In this document: in pieces, positions 25,794 through 39,699 of the stretch
How the letters are laid out: each line of letters begins with the position of its first letter
Position numbering within the stretch: position 1 is the stretch's first letter
Assembly: GCA_046563655.1 (NCBI GenBank)
Contig: CM102286.1
Span: 13,516,001 to 13,580,000 of the forward strand
Direction of reading: 5' to 3'
From: Yuukianura sp. NJ FZ-2021
Lineage: Eukaryota
DNA: 64,000 nucleotides
Made by a program: the position numbers and the translations under genes
Notes under the pieces: model-generated
The model's input: the letters and a program-made list of their open reading frames with translations, nothing else
Databases searched by the model: none
Told to the model about the DNA's origin: nothing

Positions 25794-26520
25794 TTATTCC
25801 AAGTCTTCATCCAGTGCAAGAATAGGACCGCCTTGACCTGGTCGGGACATTACCGGTGGACCTTCCATCATCATTCCCATTCCGGGAAATCCTGCTCCTC
25901 CAGCAGGGCCTGCGCTTCCAATGTCAGCTCCAAATTGTGTCTTGTGTCGAATTTGAACACTCTGGGAAATATTGAGAACCAACATTAGCGATGAAAGCGG
26001 GTACATTGAAATAAATGTGTATAATAGTTCGTGGTTGGATGTGTTACCTGACCAATCATAGGCAAACGTTGTAGGAGGACATGGAATACTTGCGGAGGTA
26101 GAGTTGTCTGAAAGATTTGAATCAGTTGAGTAGGTTGTCCGCATACTGCAATAGCATTTCCAATGTGCTCTACGCCCCCGTCAATGTCTCCTTGTTGTAG
26201 CAGATCCTCGCCGAGTTGAATCTCACTCATGAAAAACTTCTGAACTGCCTCTTGAGTCCGTAAATCGGGAATCTTTGTTCCGGCCAATTTGGCCTGACGT
26301 TGCTTACGTCGTTCTGAAACAAATAACCAGAGTGGTGATGAATTGCCCTGGAACATGAATCGTGCTTCAACTGACAATGGAAATGCTTACTTTCACGCAA
26401 GTTTTTCTTGAAGTTTGGATCCGCATGACGTTTACGATCAAAGTAGATGCAGTAGCCGATGAATACGAGGCCGCCAATACCAGCTGCGATTCCTAAGGCC
26501 GACTTCGGAATGGAAAACAT
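25794..26520 (-). CDS. TOMM20: Mitochondrial import receptor TOM20, 3 exons
   Basis: GIAAGIGGLVFIGYCIYFDRKRHADPNFKKNLRE, AVQKFFMSEIQLGEDLL, NAIAVCGQPTQLIQIFQTTLPPQVF, C-terminal EDLE*. Confidence 0.96.
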
Positions 26521-26872
26521 TGTTTGTCCGGTAATGAGTCTTTCAGACGCTAAAAATAGTTCACAAAATGTTAAGTTTAACAACTGACAAAGTCAATTTC
26601 AGTTATCGTATCGTCTATCGTGGATTCAACTTACAAACGACGGTACCGAACGCGCGTTGAATGGCCTTCTCGTGCCGTGTAGAGGAAGTTGTTGTACGGA
26701 TTCAGTGTTACGATTAGTTACCGACGGCGACACGAAGGATCTTCTCTTTTCGACCTCTCGAAGTCTATTTTGAGAACAAGAACATGCACCGATTCTAAGG
26801 TTCACTAATTTTTTTTTGGCTAAAAAAAAAGTTTGTTTGAAGTAAGGTTTAATGGTCATTATTGAATATCAC

Positions 26873-27010
26873 AGTGTAGCCACTCCTTTTTTCCACTGGT
26901 CACAATAGGTGGCTACATATGAATGGCAACTTATGTAGCCACTTTACCTTAATCTAAGCTAAAGTAGCAACACAACACGTCGCACGGTGCAGCCACCCAT
27001 TGTAGCCATT
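26873..27010. repeat. TGTAGCCAC/GTGGCTACA hairpin repeat, copy 1
   Basis: cagtgtagccact...caataggtggctaca plus further (t)gtagccac motifs; the same core recurs at ~60.4 kb. Confidence 0.6.
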
Positions 27011-27666
27011 CAAAGATGGCGGCGGCCACAATGCCTATGGTTAAAGCTTACTTCAACCAAAGTTTGAAAAGCAGATGCGAAATATGCATGGGGAAATGAT
27101 TCAAATCTCCCGCTGAATATGAGCGCTGCAACAAGCATTATGAGACGTTCTGTAAATTACCCTAAGGAATTAATGGAGGGTGATTTGAAATTGTTGACGT
27201 TTACATTCAATTTTATTTTATGTTTTATGAATTAATGAATTATTAACTCATTTAACAATTTACGTCAATATTTTAAATGGATGCTAAAAAATACATTTAA
27301 AATTTTTACAGGGCGCTGCTGGTGGGTGGAATGGAACAGATGATTTCTACAAGTTGACATTTGACAGGTGAGTTGGATAAACAAAACAAAATTTGTAAAT
27401 AAAAATAGCAATTAAAATATACTTTGAAATTATAATTAACTGCTGTCGTGGGTTCATCAAATTACTTACAACGTACGTTGACCCATGACCTGATTCAGAA
27501 AAACGTTTGTACGACGTGCTTGCTGTAATTGTTTTTTTTTGACAGATTGACGGGGGGCGTTACAGGAAGAAACCGATAGAGCGAATTCACGTATTGACCG
27601 GAAGCGGCCACTTACTTCATCGGTGGAACTCGAAGTCCTTTGTCGTGGGTCTTCGGAATTTACACT

Positions 27667-30450
27667 ATGGCAGAATATCGTCGAGAAATGGAACAGGAGC
27701 TGTACTCCCCGGAGGAATTTGTAGAAAGATTGGCTTGGAGAACTGTCACTTCCGGGGAATTCGATGCTAATAAGCTCAGTGATAGCTTCACGGAAGCCAT
27801 CAGCGAACTCAACACAATTCTGGAAATTCAGCGCCTCAAATGCGTCCAAGTAGAAAATTCTTTCACAAACGAAGAACAGCACCTACGGAATCGTCTGCTC
27901 ATGCTCCTCAGTAGGAATTCAACAGCATCCGAAGATTTAGGAACGTTGGAGAAAAAAGTAATCGCTTTATTGAATCAATCCACTCGTAATTAATTAACTG
28001 CTTTGATGTCCACATCAGGTGAATTCCGTAGCTACCAAAGTTGTTCACTTGGGAGACCAATTGGAAGCAGTGAATTTGCCAAGGGAGAGAGCCGCTGAAG
28101 CTGCCAACTTGATGAAGCATTTGACTGATTTCCTACAGCCAGGACCAATTCTTCTCTCGGACATGTTTAGAGACAATGATCGCCTCTTTGAAGCCGCTGA
28201 AATTATCCAGAAACTACTTACCGTTGCGCAAGATTTGGCCAGTTCTGGTTCCATAGAAAGTACAAAGTAAGTTTTTTCTCGTGCTGCCATTCTTCTGAAT
28301 GTTCAAACTACATGGCCTGATTGTCTTCTTTACAGATACGCTGGAGCGATAGAGAAGATACAACAAAAGTATACTGAAATTGAAAGATCCTTGATCGAGG
28401 GATTCGCAAGGGCACAGTGGGCAAATGATACTAAACGTATGAAGGAAGTGGCTTTGATTTTATACAACTTTAAAGGCTACTCCCAGTGTATCAACGCTTT
28501 CATTGAGCAAAGTCAGCTGGTATGCGACAACAAATCATAAAAATTAATTCAAATATCCGAAAACTCATAAATTGATTCCTAATTTTCATTTTGTTTCAAG
28601 GGAGGTTTTAAATCCAAAGATATTTTCCACGATGTTCTCCCGTTATGCAGGATCAACAAACCAATTATTGACCAAGTATTTCCAAATCCAGAGCACGTTA
28701 TGCAAAAATTCATGTTGCACATCTTCCACGGGCGGATCCAAGAAACCGTGGCTGCAACTCTATACGACAGAAGCAACAGCGACAAGTCCAATCCTAAGAA
28801 ATTCCTTACCAATCTGTCCTATCTCTACTCTCAAACCAAAAGAGTTGTTACACAACTGAAAGAGTTTGATGCTGGAACAGATACACAATTTTTAGAGCAA
28901 ATCACTGAGCAAATCTATCGAAAACACATGGACAATTACATTAGCCTGGAAATTCAGTGTCTTCAGTTTGAAAGTTCAAGGATACAGCAACTGTACTACG
29001 AGTCTCTCGGACATCAAAAGCGTAATATCCAATCCAGGTGAGCATAACATCTCTCGTTAATCGATTACTCACTTAATCTCATCCTAATTTTCATTTCAGC
29101 TTTCAAGATATTCGGCGTGACCTCCAAGCCGTCATTGGAACAAGAGCAAACATTAACATTGCCCAAATTGAGAACTTCGGAGGAGAAACGTTTTTATCAG
29201 AAGAAGTTGCCATCAATTTGCTTCAGGAGAGTCGAGTTGCTTATTCCCGGTGTAGCCTGCTGTCTAAAAAATCCGAAGTGCCTGGAAATGCTGCTCAGAT
29301 TTTGGATATCCTTACAAACGGTTTACTTCGAGAGCATGTTGACTATGCATTGGAATTGGGACTTCAAGGGATTCCTATTCCTGAAGCCAAGAATCAACCA
29401 GTGATTTACTTCTTTGACATCGTCAAACGGTGCAATGCCATCATTCATCTCTATGAAAAGGAGTTTATGGAGTCTCTTCTGCCACTTGTTGAGTAAGTAC
29501 TTGCCAGTAGTTTCATTATAATACAAAATCTAAAGAATTTAACTAATTTTTGATTACTTTTGTAAATTGTTTAGAACAACGCCAGTATTAGCTGAATGTC
29601 TGGAAGCCAAGAGATTAGTTTTGGAACAAATTGAAGGGAAACTGGATGCTGGAATTGATCGTTCTCTGGAAACGATTGTTGGTTGGGTGAAAGTAATTCT
29701 GCAAACGGAGTACAGTCAAAAGGATTTCTTCCGAGCAGACACTTTCAACGATATTGAAAAGAGGGACAACTTGATATCAACGGTAAGCTATTTCCACATT
29801 CCTCTGTTGACATTAAAAACGATTGATAATCAAACAAAAATGAATAATTTGTATTTTGTTTGAATTTTTAGGCATGTACCAAAGTAATCCAATTCATTAC
29901 TGCGCAAGCGGAGAAGATGAGAGACTCCATGGACGGAAAAAACATTCAAACTGTTCTGACAGAACTCGGAACTCGGTTTCATCGTGTCATCTACGAGCAT
30001 CTCCTTCGGTTTGAGTACAGTTCTGTTGGTAAGTAAAGTCAAAGTTAACTAACTTAACTGTTAAGTATTTTGAACTTTGCGAATGATTGATAACCGAGTT
30101 TACACTTGTAGGAGCCTTGAACGTGACCTGTGATGTCGGAGAGTACAGAAAATGCATAAGGGAGTTCAAGAGTCCACTTCTCAACACGCTGTTTGACACT
30201 TTGCATGCTCTGTGTAATCTACTGCTAATTCTACCGTCCGAGCTCAACATGTACTTCAATCGTGAGGAATTGGTAACATCAATTACTTTTCATGATATCA
30301 ACGCTAAACACTCAAATGCAACAATTGAAATTTTGAATTATTTTCTAGGTGTCACTTGACCCAGCAATCAGAATGAACTTCGTTTCTCTCCGAACTGATT
30401 TTAAAACGGCCAAGCTCCAGCTCAATCAATCACAGCAGATACGCAGTTAG
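27667..30450 (+). CDS. EXOC5: Exocyst complex component 5 (Sec10), about 9 exons
   Basis: EEFVERLAWRT, VATKVVHLGDQLEAVNLPRERA, LYNFKGYSQCINAFIEQSQ, YYESLGHQKR, GETFLSEEVAINLLQE, TCDVGEYRKC, LFDTLHALCNLL, LRTDFKTAKL. Confidence 0.96.
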
Positions 30451-30794
30451 CTCCGGACAGTCTAATTAACTTATGTTTTCGCTCATTTCAGCTTCAGATG
30501 AAATAAAATGAACTGATGACGTAACGTACTTGTCAAAACTGGAAGAATTTATATGATGGAACTTAAGAAGACTGCACAGCACTGGTATTCTGTTGTTCTA
30601 CATTCTTAACAAAAATCTCAAGGGAGAAAAAACCTACACACTCCCTGTTTAATAGCTATAAAAAACTTAGCTCAACGTTAAGTTAGGCTCAACTTTTAGG
30701 TCAACACTTTACCAAGGAAATAATACAGGATATTACGAGTAGGTATTAATTGGATCGAGAATTCTTAGGAGACCAAGGAAGCAGAGATGGGATC

Positions 30795-32189
<1,395 letters not shown>

Positions 32190-33380
32190 TCAAAGTTAAA
32201 TCTAAACAAATCAAATCAGGGCAATTAGTTTATTGGAATTGGTCCATTGTCTGTCATTCGTGCCAAAATAGTACATCGCAGCTTATGAACTTACTTGATA
32301 TTGATGACACTTGATAAAATTGAATGACACTGAAGAGCCAATAACGGAATGCGCAATGGACGACGGAGAAAGAGGTTGACTGAAGTGACTGGACGGTAAA
32401 CGATGCCTCCGGACTATGAAAAGTAACTTCAATTAATAAGATTTAATTATGAATTAGCAAAAGACAAAGCACGAATAGCTCACCAGCAAGATGAATAGGA
32501 AAAGGCAAAAGACAAGAACGGTACTTCTCGTTCACTGAATCGGCGGCATGGAGAGATGGTCTGAAAAACCGGATAATGATATAGGGCTGCTGTTGTCGGC
32601 AGTTTTGCAAACCGGATCGGACAATGCGGTATCCAGTCGAGTATGTTTTTGCACTGCTGTCACGTGTGTGTAGTGCTATAATTTCCTTATACCAATACTG
32701 GACCGAATTGCCACCAAATTCAAAACAGTAAAGTATCTCCCGGTTTATGCTTGCAATTGCCATTGCAAATGGATTGCAAAATAGGAAAATATTACAAAAG
32801 AGAATGTTTGCACAATTAAATAAAAATAACATAACCAAACCTCAACAAATATTTAAAACAAGAACAAATTTACATCTTCAAAATATACGTTTGAGTTGAT
32901 TAATTATTGGTATTTTTTACATTTTTTTACGGTTTAGTTGCATATTAATTTGGGGGTAAGTTTTGTATTTCGTATTTAGACCAATTGCCAGTAAAATTTC
33001 GCATTTTTGTATTTTGTATTGCGGGCAAAACGAAAAGCATGAGGATAATCAACAACAACGTGCAATGCACGAAAATGTAATTTTTTGGAAAATTGTTCAG
33101 ATTTTGAAAGGTTGTTTCGTAAAAATCGCACTTTCAGCTGTTTTTTTTTAAATTTATCGGTAAGTTTCCATGATTTAAAAGACTACCTACGGTGGTAGTA
33201 AGAGTGACAGGGACAGACAGGTACGTTAATTGTTATTTGACACTAACCGTAAACTGCACAAAATCATTAGATTTGTTCGACTTCGATTTGGGGTTGTTCT
33301 CTTATTAAAATTGTCATTTTGTTTTGTATAGAAGGAGACGGGACTGGAGATTAGCGTACGCGAAACATAAATTTACCGTA

Positions 33381-35888
33381 ATGGAACAAGTCCGGTTTTC
33401 TAATTCTGGAGAGTACGCAGCCATTTCAGGAAGTGATGGTCGCCTAAGAATCTGGGATACCGGTACTAATAGTCTCAAACATGAGTTTACACCGTCGTCA
33501 CATCTATCCGCAACTTGTACAAGCCTTGAATGGGCGCCACATACGGTACGCAAGGAGTTATTCATGTAATTAGTACAACGTTATGTTGCGTTTAACTGAA
33601 CACTCGAATTGTATTCGATTTGTAGCAGGAGAAGCTGAAGAAGAAGAGAAAGACACTGACCCCTAAGTGCGAGACGGTTGTAATGGGCACGGCTGTGGGG
33701 TCCTTGTTATTTTATGACGTGACACAAGGCGAGCTAGTGTCTCATTCGAAAGAGGTCCATTCCGGTAGAGTAACTGGTCTTACCTGGAGATGGAACTCAA
33801 AATCATCAGCGATGTACTCTTGCGGAGAAGATGGATATATCGTTGAATACGACACCGAATCTACAACTTCTACTGGGTACTACGTAATAACTTATACTTT
33901 AGAGTTTAACTAACTTTTCAACTAATTTATAGGCGATGGAGGGGTTCGAAAACTGGACTAAGTTCAATACAGATATTCCATGACAATCTGTTATCCGCTG
34001 GACAGGGAATTACACTGTGGGACTTGAAGACCAAAACCTCTATTGCAACTTTCACTGGACATGCGAATCAAATTGTTCAATTAGAATCTGTTCCCAAATC
34101 CAATTACTTTATCACTATGGGACAAGAAGAAAGGTTCTTGAAAGTTTGGTAAGTCCAGACTATGTGACTAGCTGGAAAAAACGACATTCAAACGTTTTGA
34201 GATTAAATTGTGTTCTTGTTAGGTCCACGATGGAGAGGAATTCTATCGCATCACTGTCTATTCCTGAAATACCGAAGTTCTTTAGTTTGACAGTGGACGA
34301 CAACGCCAGAGTATCGGTGAGCGTCGTTACGCAGAAGGGCCAACTGCATTTATTTCAACACAAACTGAACGGACCCACGAAAAAACCAATTCCAGCAGAG
34401 AATACTCTCAGAATCACCGAGGCCTTGGATCCTACCAAGATCGTTCCAATTCTTGCGTCGTATTTGCCTCCACACGAAGGGAATACTGTGCTTGCAGGAT
34501 ACGGAAGTTGGACAAACCTGCGTTTCGAATCTTTCGTACGGTGTAGAACATTTTTCAATTTCCAATACACGGAGTATTAACACTTTTCTTTGTATTTAGG
34601 ATATTTCATCACTTCAGAATCAACTGACTGTGTCCAGAGAAGTTTTTTTGACTGCTAAGAAGTCCAAGTCCAAGAATGCCCAACAAGGGAGAGATACAGT
34701 CGAAGTTCCACCGGATGTGAAACACTTGCAGCCAGGGACAGACGGGGGAGTTGTAACGGAGAAGGGGAAGAAACGAAAGAAGGACGTCGCTGAGCCATTG
34801 AAAATAGACGATGGTGAACTGCCCATGGAGGACAGGCTGACGAACTTAACAATTACTGCCACAAGCACTGGAATTCGAGAAAATAACTTATCACATCTTT
34901 TGAGTCAGGCAAGTATTTCGTATCAGTATGTTTTTTACGCCACTCACTTCGCAATTGTTCTGACGAATTTCGGTTCTTTGCACTGCAGGGTCTCCACAGC
35001 AAGGACACGCGTATCCTGCATTCAGTGCTTTCCCGAAGCGATGAAGAGGTGATCACCAATACCGTTAGAAGTCTTCCTATTCAACTTATTGTGCCACTAC
35101 TGAATCAGTCTAAGGAGATGTTGGCGGGGAAGGGGCAAATGTAGGTCAACATAACAAATCGCTTGAAGATTTCTACCGCTTGATCGCTTGAACTGAAATA
35201 TTTCTGACAAATGTTCCACTCTTTTAGATACAACAGTATCCTAAAATGGATCAAAGCTGTCCTGCAAGTTCACTCTTCGTATCTCATGTGCTGTCCATCG
35301 ACTGAAGAACTCCTGAGTCCGTTCATGTCGCTGCTCCAAACGCGCGAGGTGATTTATCCGCAAATGTGTCAGCTCAAGGGAAAGTTGCTGCTCATCAAAG
35401 GTCACATCGAAGCCAAGCAATATCGAAGTGAACCGGCAAACGAAGAGCTCCTCGATTTTAATGACGGTAACATTTTCAAAAAATCGTGAATTTCGACAAC
35501 GAAAACGATGTTTTGCAAAAGAGAAAATATTACACCATTTTTGTTTTGAGCAGAACCTAACGAGGAGGAGGACAATGAAGATGACATGATTCCATCAGAT
35601 TCAGAGGAAGTGCTGAGTTCAGATGACCTGGGAGTTGAAGATTCGTCGGATGAAAAGGACAGTGACATTGACTTGGATGAGCAGGATGTTAGCAAGGTGG
35701 ATGATTCAGAAGATTCAAATGAGAATGACATGACCGATGGCGAAGACGTAAAGGTGGAGGCAGTGAAAACGAAAAAGAAATCTAAGAAGTCCAAAGTTCA
35801 AGCGTCGAATGATAAAAAATCGAAGAAAATCAAGGGGAAAGTGTTGGACGAGGACGAGGGTCCAGAAAGTATGGATGAAGATGGGTAA
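33381..35888 (+). CDS. WDR43: WD repeat protein 43 / Utp5
   Basis: DGRLRIWDT, FTPSSHLSATCTSLEW, TFTGHA, Utp12-type domain LLSQ|GLHSKDTRIL...TNTVRSLP, LKWIKAVLQVHSSYL, acidic tail. Confidence 0.92.
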
Positions 35889-36059
35889 TAAAATGAAATC
35901 ATGGAAAATATGGAAGAATCGCAAGTTTAGTTTTTTACATTCTTGACACAACTTAAAAAATGTCGTTTCTTAAACGTAATGTTTTTTAATTAATTACCGG
36001 ATGAACAATTAAATACCAGGTTAGAATAGAAACTGTACCTGTCCGTAAATAGTCGTAAA

Positions 36060-39000
36060 TTAGGGGGAATCGTAATAGGTATTTGCCGATTTGGATTTCT
36101 TTTCATTAGTAGAGGAAGTGAGAGATGAAAATGGCAAAATGATTTCCTCTTCTTCTTCATCGTCGTCGTCGTCGCGCTTCCGTTTTGTACTGTATCGGTT
36201 TGAGTCGTCGCGTGATGTAGAAGTTTCCTGGACGAAGAAAAAGTTTAGTTACAACTTTCGCAGTGAAAAAATTGGTCTTGTTTTAATGCACATGCCACAT
36301 GAGATAGTCATGCATTAACTATTATAGTACCCTTACCGGTTCCAATTCGAGTTCGTCAGTATCATGTTCTGTAAACGGTTCGCTGTTTGTCAGATTAGAG
36401 TTCTCTTCACTTCCGAAATCAAATGCTGGGCTGGTAGGATTCGAGTTGGATGTCGTCGCAGTCTGTGAGTCGTCTTTCCCCTTCTTCGTACCATGCATGT
36501 CGAATAGTGTTGGTTGTTTCTGAAATACGTTGCAGAAAATTCAGTTTACATCAACTAATTGGTTAAAATTGGAATAAAACGAGTCCTCAGAGCTTCCGTT
36601 TTACCTTCTTGTTCGGTGGTTTTGTTGAAGGCTCTTTGTTGGCCTTCTCCGCTCCTTTGTTCTTTCGATTTCCTCCTTTTCCGCGGGAATGCTTAGCGTT
36701 AAATTCAACTTCTGCGGGTTTTTCTGCAGGTTTCTTCCAAGCTTCAATGAATCCAAATCCCTTTTCAGTGTCATCTTGTCCTTGTGAATCTTTCTTGGCC
36801 TCTTCTGTCACAGTCTTCTTGAACGGATTTGACTTCCTGACGGTAGATGAACAGAGATTCCGAATTTCTTCTTTGTGCTTCTGTAGCAAAGGATTACTGG
36901 CAGCAACTATAAAAAATGAGATTCCATGTAGTTTTTGTTTCTCGATAGTCTGTAGGTTCAATATAGGAGTGTTGTAATTATGAACTCACCTTCTGTGTTT
37001 TTGGATAGTTCGCCTCGCGATTCGGAATAAGAATCGTGAAAAGATCGGTTATCGTCGTAAGTAAACGAATCGCGAGCGATGCTGGCGTTTCCAATGCTAT
37101 TCCCAGTTGTGACATAAGAAGTTCTCCTGATTGTGGGATTTTCAAAATCGTCGTACTCCTCCTCATCATCTGACCCCTGTTCCATTTTTTGCCGGGCAAT
37201 TTTTCGGAGGCGTTCGACAAGTCCGGTTTTGCGAAGCCTGCTGGCCAACTTCACAGCTTCCTCCATCTTTTGCACAGTAGGCATCAGTGCAACATATTCT
37301 GATGCTCTGGAATCCCGGTTTCCGTTGACGGCAAGCTGGATGGATAAAAACAGCAATTAGTCAGCGGTTCATCAAAAATAGCAAAGATGTGTATTTCTTA
37401 CCTCAACTAACGCCATAGTAGATTCTTCCAAGTCCGTCCGAGCCTTTAGCTGGTAGGTTTCCATATCTATCCCCTGAAGTTCCATCTTCTTTGTAATGCC
37501 ACGCATAATATGTGATCGTAACATCAAGTCTTCCTTCTGACCTTTGCTATTGTCAACGCCACACAATGGAATCTATAATAGAGTCAATTTTGAGAATTGT
37601 CTGTGCAATGAGAAATTATTATAAATATTTGATCAATTACCTTAGCTTCCAGCAGGAGCTCGGTTGGCAGTGGAAGTGTCGGAGGGTACTTGGCTCCTTT
37701 GCATTTGACAGCCCTTATGATTTGTGTCACTTGTCCCAACCCAACTACCCAGAAATGATCGTTCGGGCCAGTGAGGAATTCTCGCATGTTGCAAAACGGA
37801 GTCCATAATTCTCCATTCAGAATGCGAAGACAGTCGGATGTATCACAAAAGGACGGAGTTCCTTCTTCACTGAATCCAATCCAGGAAAGCATTGACCGTG
37901 GAGTTAAAGGAATTGGCAAATGTTGCATCAACGGAGTCAGTGAGCAAGTTTTCATTTTGAAAATGGAGTAGTAAATTGATTGGCAGTCGTTTGTACCTAG
38001 AAATGATAACGATAACAAATTAGCTACAAAAGGTCAAGAATCCATCTTTTCTTAAATGTGACACCATGAATTTAACACTTGGGAATTATTGATAACTTAC
38101 CAACTCCAAAGTTATAAGTGAGGAAGAGCAGAGAATTGAATCCAGAAATGGCCACAACTGGCCCAGGAATTTCATAGACAAAATACTGCACTCCGGTTAA
38201 AGAAAACATTCGGAGCCTATTAAGGTCTGTAGCAGCAGCGATCCAGTTATCACCAACTCCGATGGCTAAAATTTCTTCGCCAAACTGCATGTCAATAGTC
38301 CATTCCTTACTTGAATCCCAACTTCCGTAATTTAGACAAAATAGCTTGCTGTTTCAAATAAAATCAAGACAAAAAAGTTCTTAAACACAAGTATTTTTTA
38401 GGACAGTTACGTCAATGTTGACTTGCCTTGGATAATCTTTTGCTTTTGGACATGCGAAAACAAGTGCCTCACTCGACATCGTGCCCATCGTAAAACCAAA
38501 CTTGTTCCGTAAATGTATGGACTGATGGTGGCTGTGATCGTGAAATGTTGCATCAATGCCACTATCGTCTTCTGTGTCATAACTTCGGATTGTTCCAATG
38601 AAGTTCCAAACCTACGACATCAAAATTAAATACACAAAGCCTAAACTGTTTAGTGATAAACTTAACGTGTCCCTAACGAACCATAAATCGATGCTGCAAA
38701 TTAACCGGAGATGAACTTGGCTGGAAAGGCTTCTGGGGTTCAGTAAACAAGCTGCCAATTCTTGCCAGAGCCTTGTCAGCTGTTGAAACTGGTGCAAGGT
38801 CTTCCAAGCTTAGTATACTATTGCTGTCGTCATCTTCACCATGTAATGACGTTTTCTTTCGCGGTTTTGCTTTCGGGACACCTACAAACTCATTGTCAAT
38901 AAATCCAACGTCTGCCTTGATTTTGGAAATGGAAAATTCGTTTTCGTCATCTTCATCGTCGATGTCGTCTATCTCGATATCTTCATCTTTCTTTTTGCTC

Positions 39001-39125
39001 TTGTCCTTGCCACCGTCATCTTCCTTCTCAACGTCGTATTCCGGAATACCAAACAACAGATCTGAATCCAAATCATCATCGAACATCCCATCAGTGTCAT
39101 CAGGTTCCCCAGTGCTGCTTGCCAT
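36060..39125 (-). CDS. WDHD1: AND-1/Ctf4 (WDHD1) family protein: SepB propeller plus helical domain, no N-terminal WD40 domain seen
   Basis: QKPFQPSSSPVNLQHRFM|VWNFIGTIRSY, LRMFSLTGVQ, PLTPRSMLSWIGFSEEGTP, WTPFCNM, HFWVVG, CKGAKYPPTLP, RASEYVALM. Confidence 0.88.
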
Positions 39126-39699
39126 TTCAGATTCCAATTAAACCTAAAAAAATAACAACAAATGTAGTCGATTTTGGAGTGTTGTCACCTGTAAAATTAT
39201 CTAGCATTTATCACAACCAAAGCAGCCATCACTAATAATTATTTATCAAATATAGTATTGTAAAAGTAACTTACCGGTGTAATTCACTGATAAACGAAGG
39301 AAAGCTCGAGGAATTTCCTTGTTTTTTCTTCTTCTTTTTCTTAATTTAGGAGGGAAATTATTCAATTTTCGCGCGCCGAATAGGAACTTTCCCCTCACTT
39401 CTGGCGTGCCTTTCTCCAACAAACTCTTCGAAACAGAGAGAAAAGATAGCTGGAGACAGAGAGAACGCTGGAAAAATTTCTTTATCATCGCTATGGAGAC
39501 GACTTTGTAAACATAATATCGAACAAACAGTGCTAACAACAGTAGTATAAGGACGTATAAGGATTGATTTTTTGAGACTTTCATAGACACTTCGATCGTG
39601 TACGAATTTGAAGAATCTTCTTTGATTTGTTAGCAATTACTGCGTCTGTAGATCAAAGTGCTAGTGAAAATTGTGAGACTTAAGTAAAGTGGAGCGATA

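Noticed and set aside
32443..33151. ORFs in the PRMT1/WDR43 intergenic region
   Set aside because: No motifs and no consistent exon chain; cannot support a gene or defined element.
33381..35888. Intronic snoRNAs, since vertebrate WDR43 is a snoRNA host
   Set aside because: Introns are only ~55-90 nt and I saw no convincing C/D box pairs.
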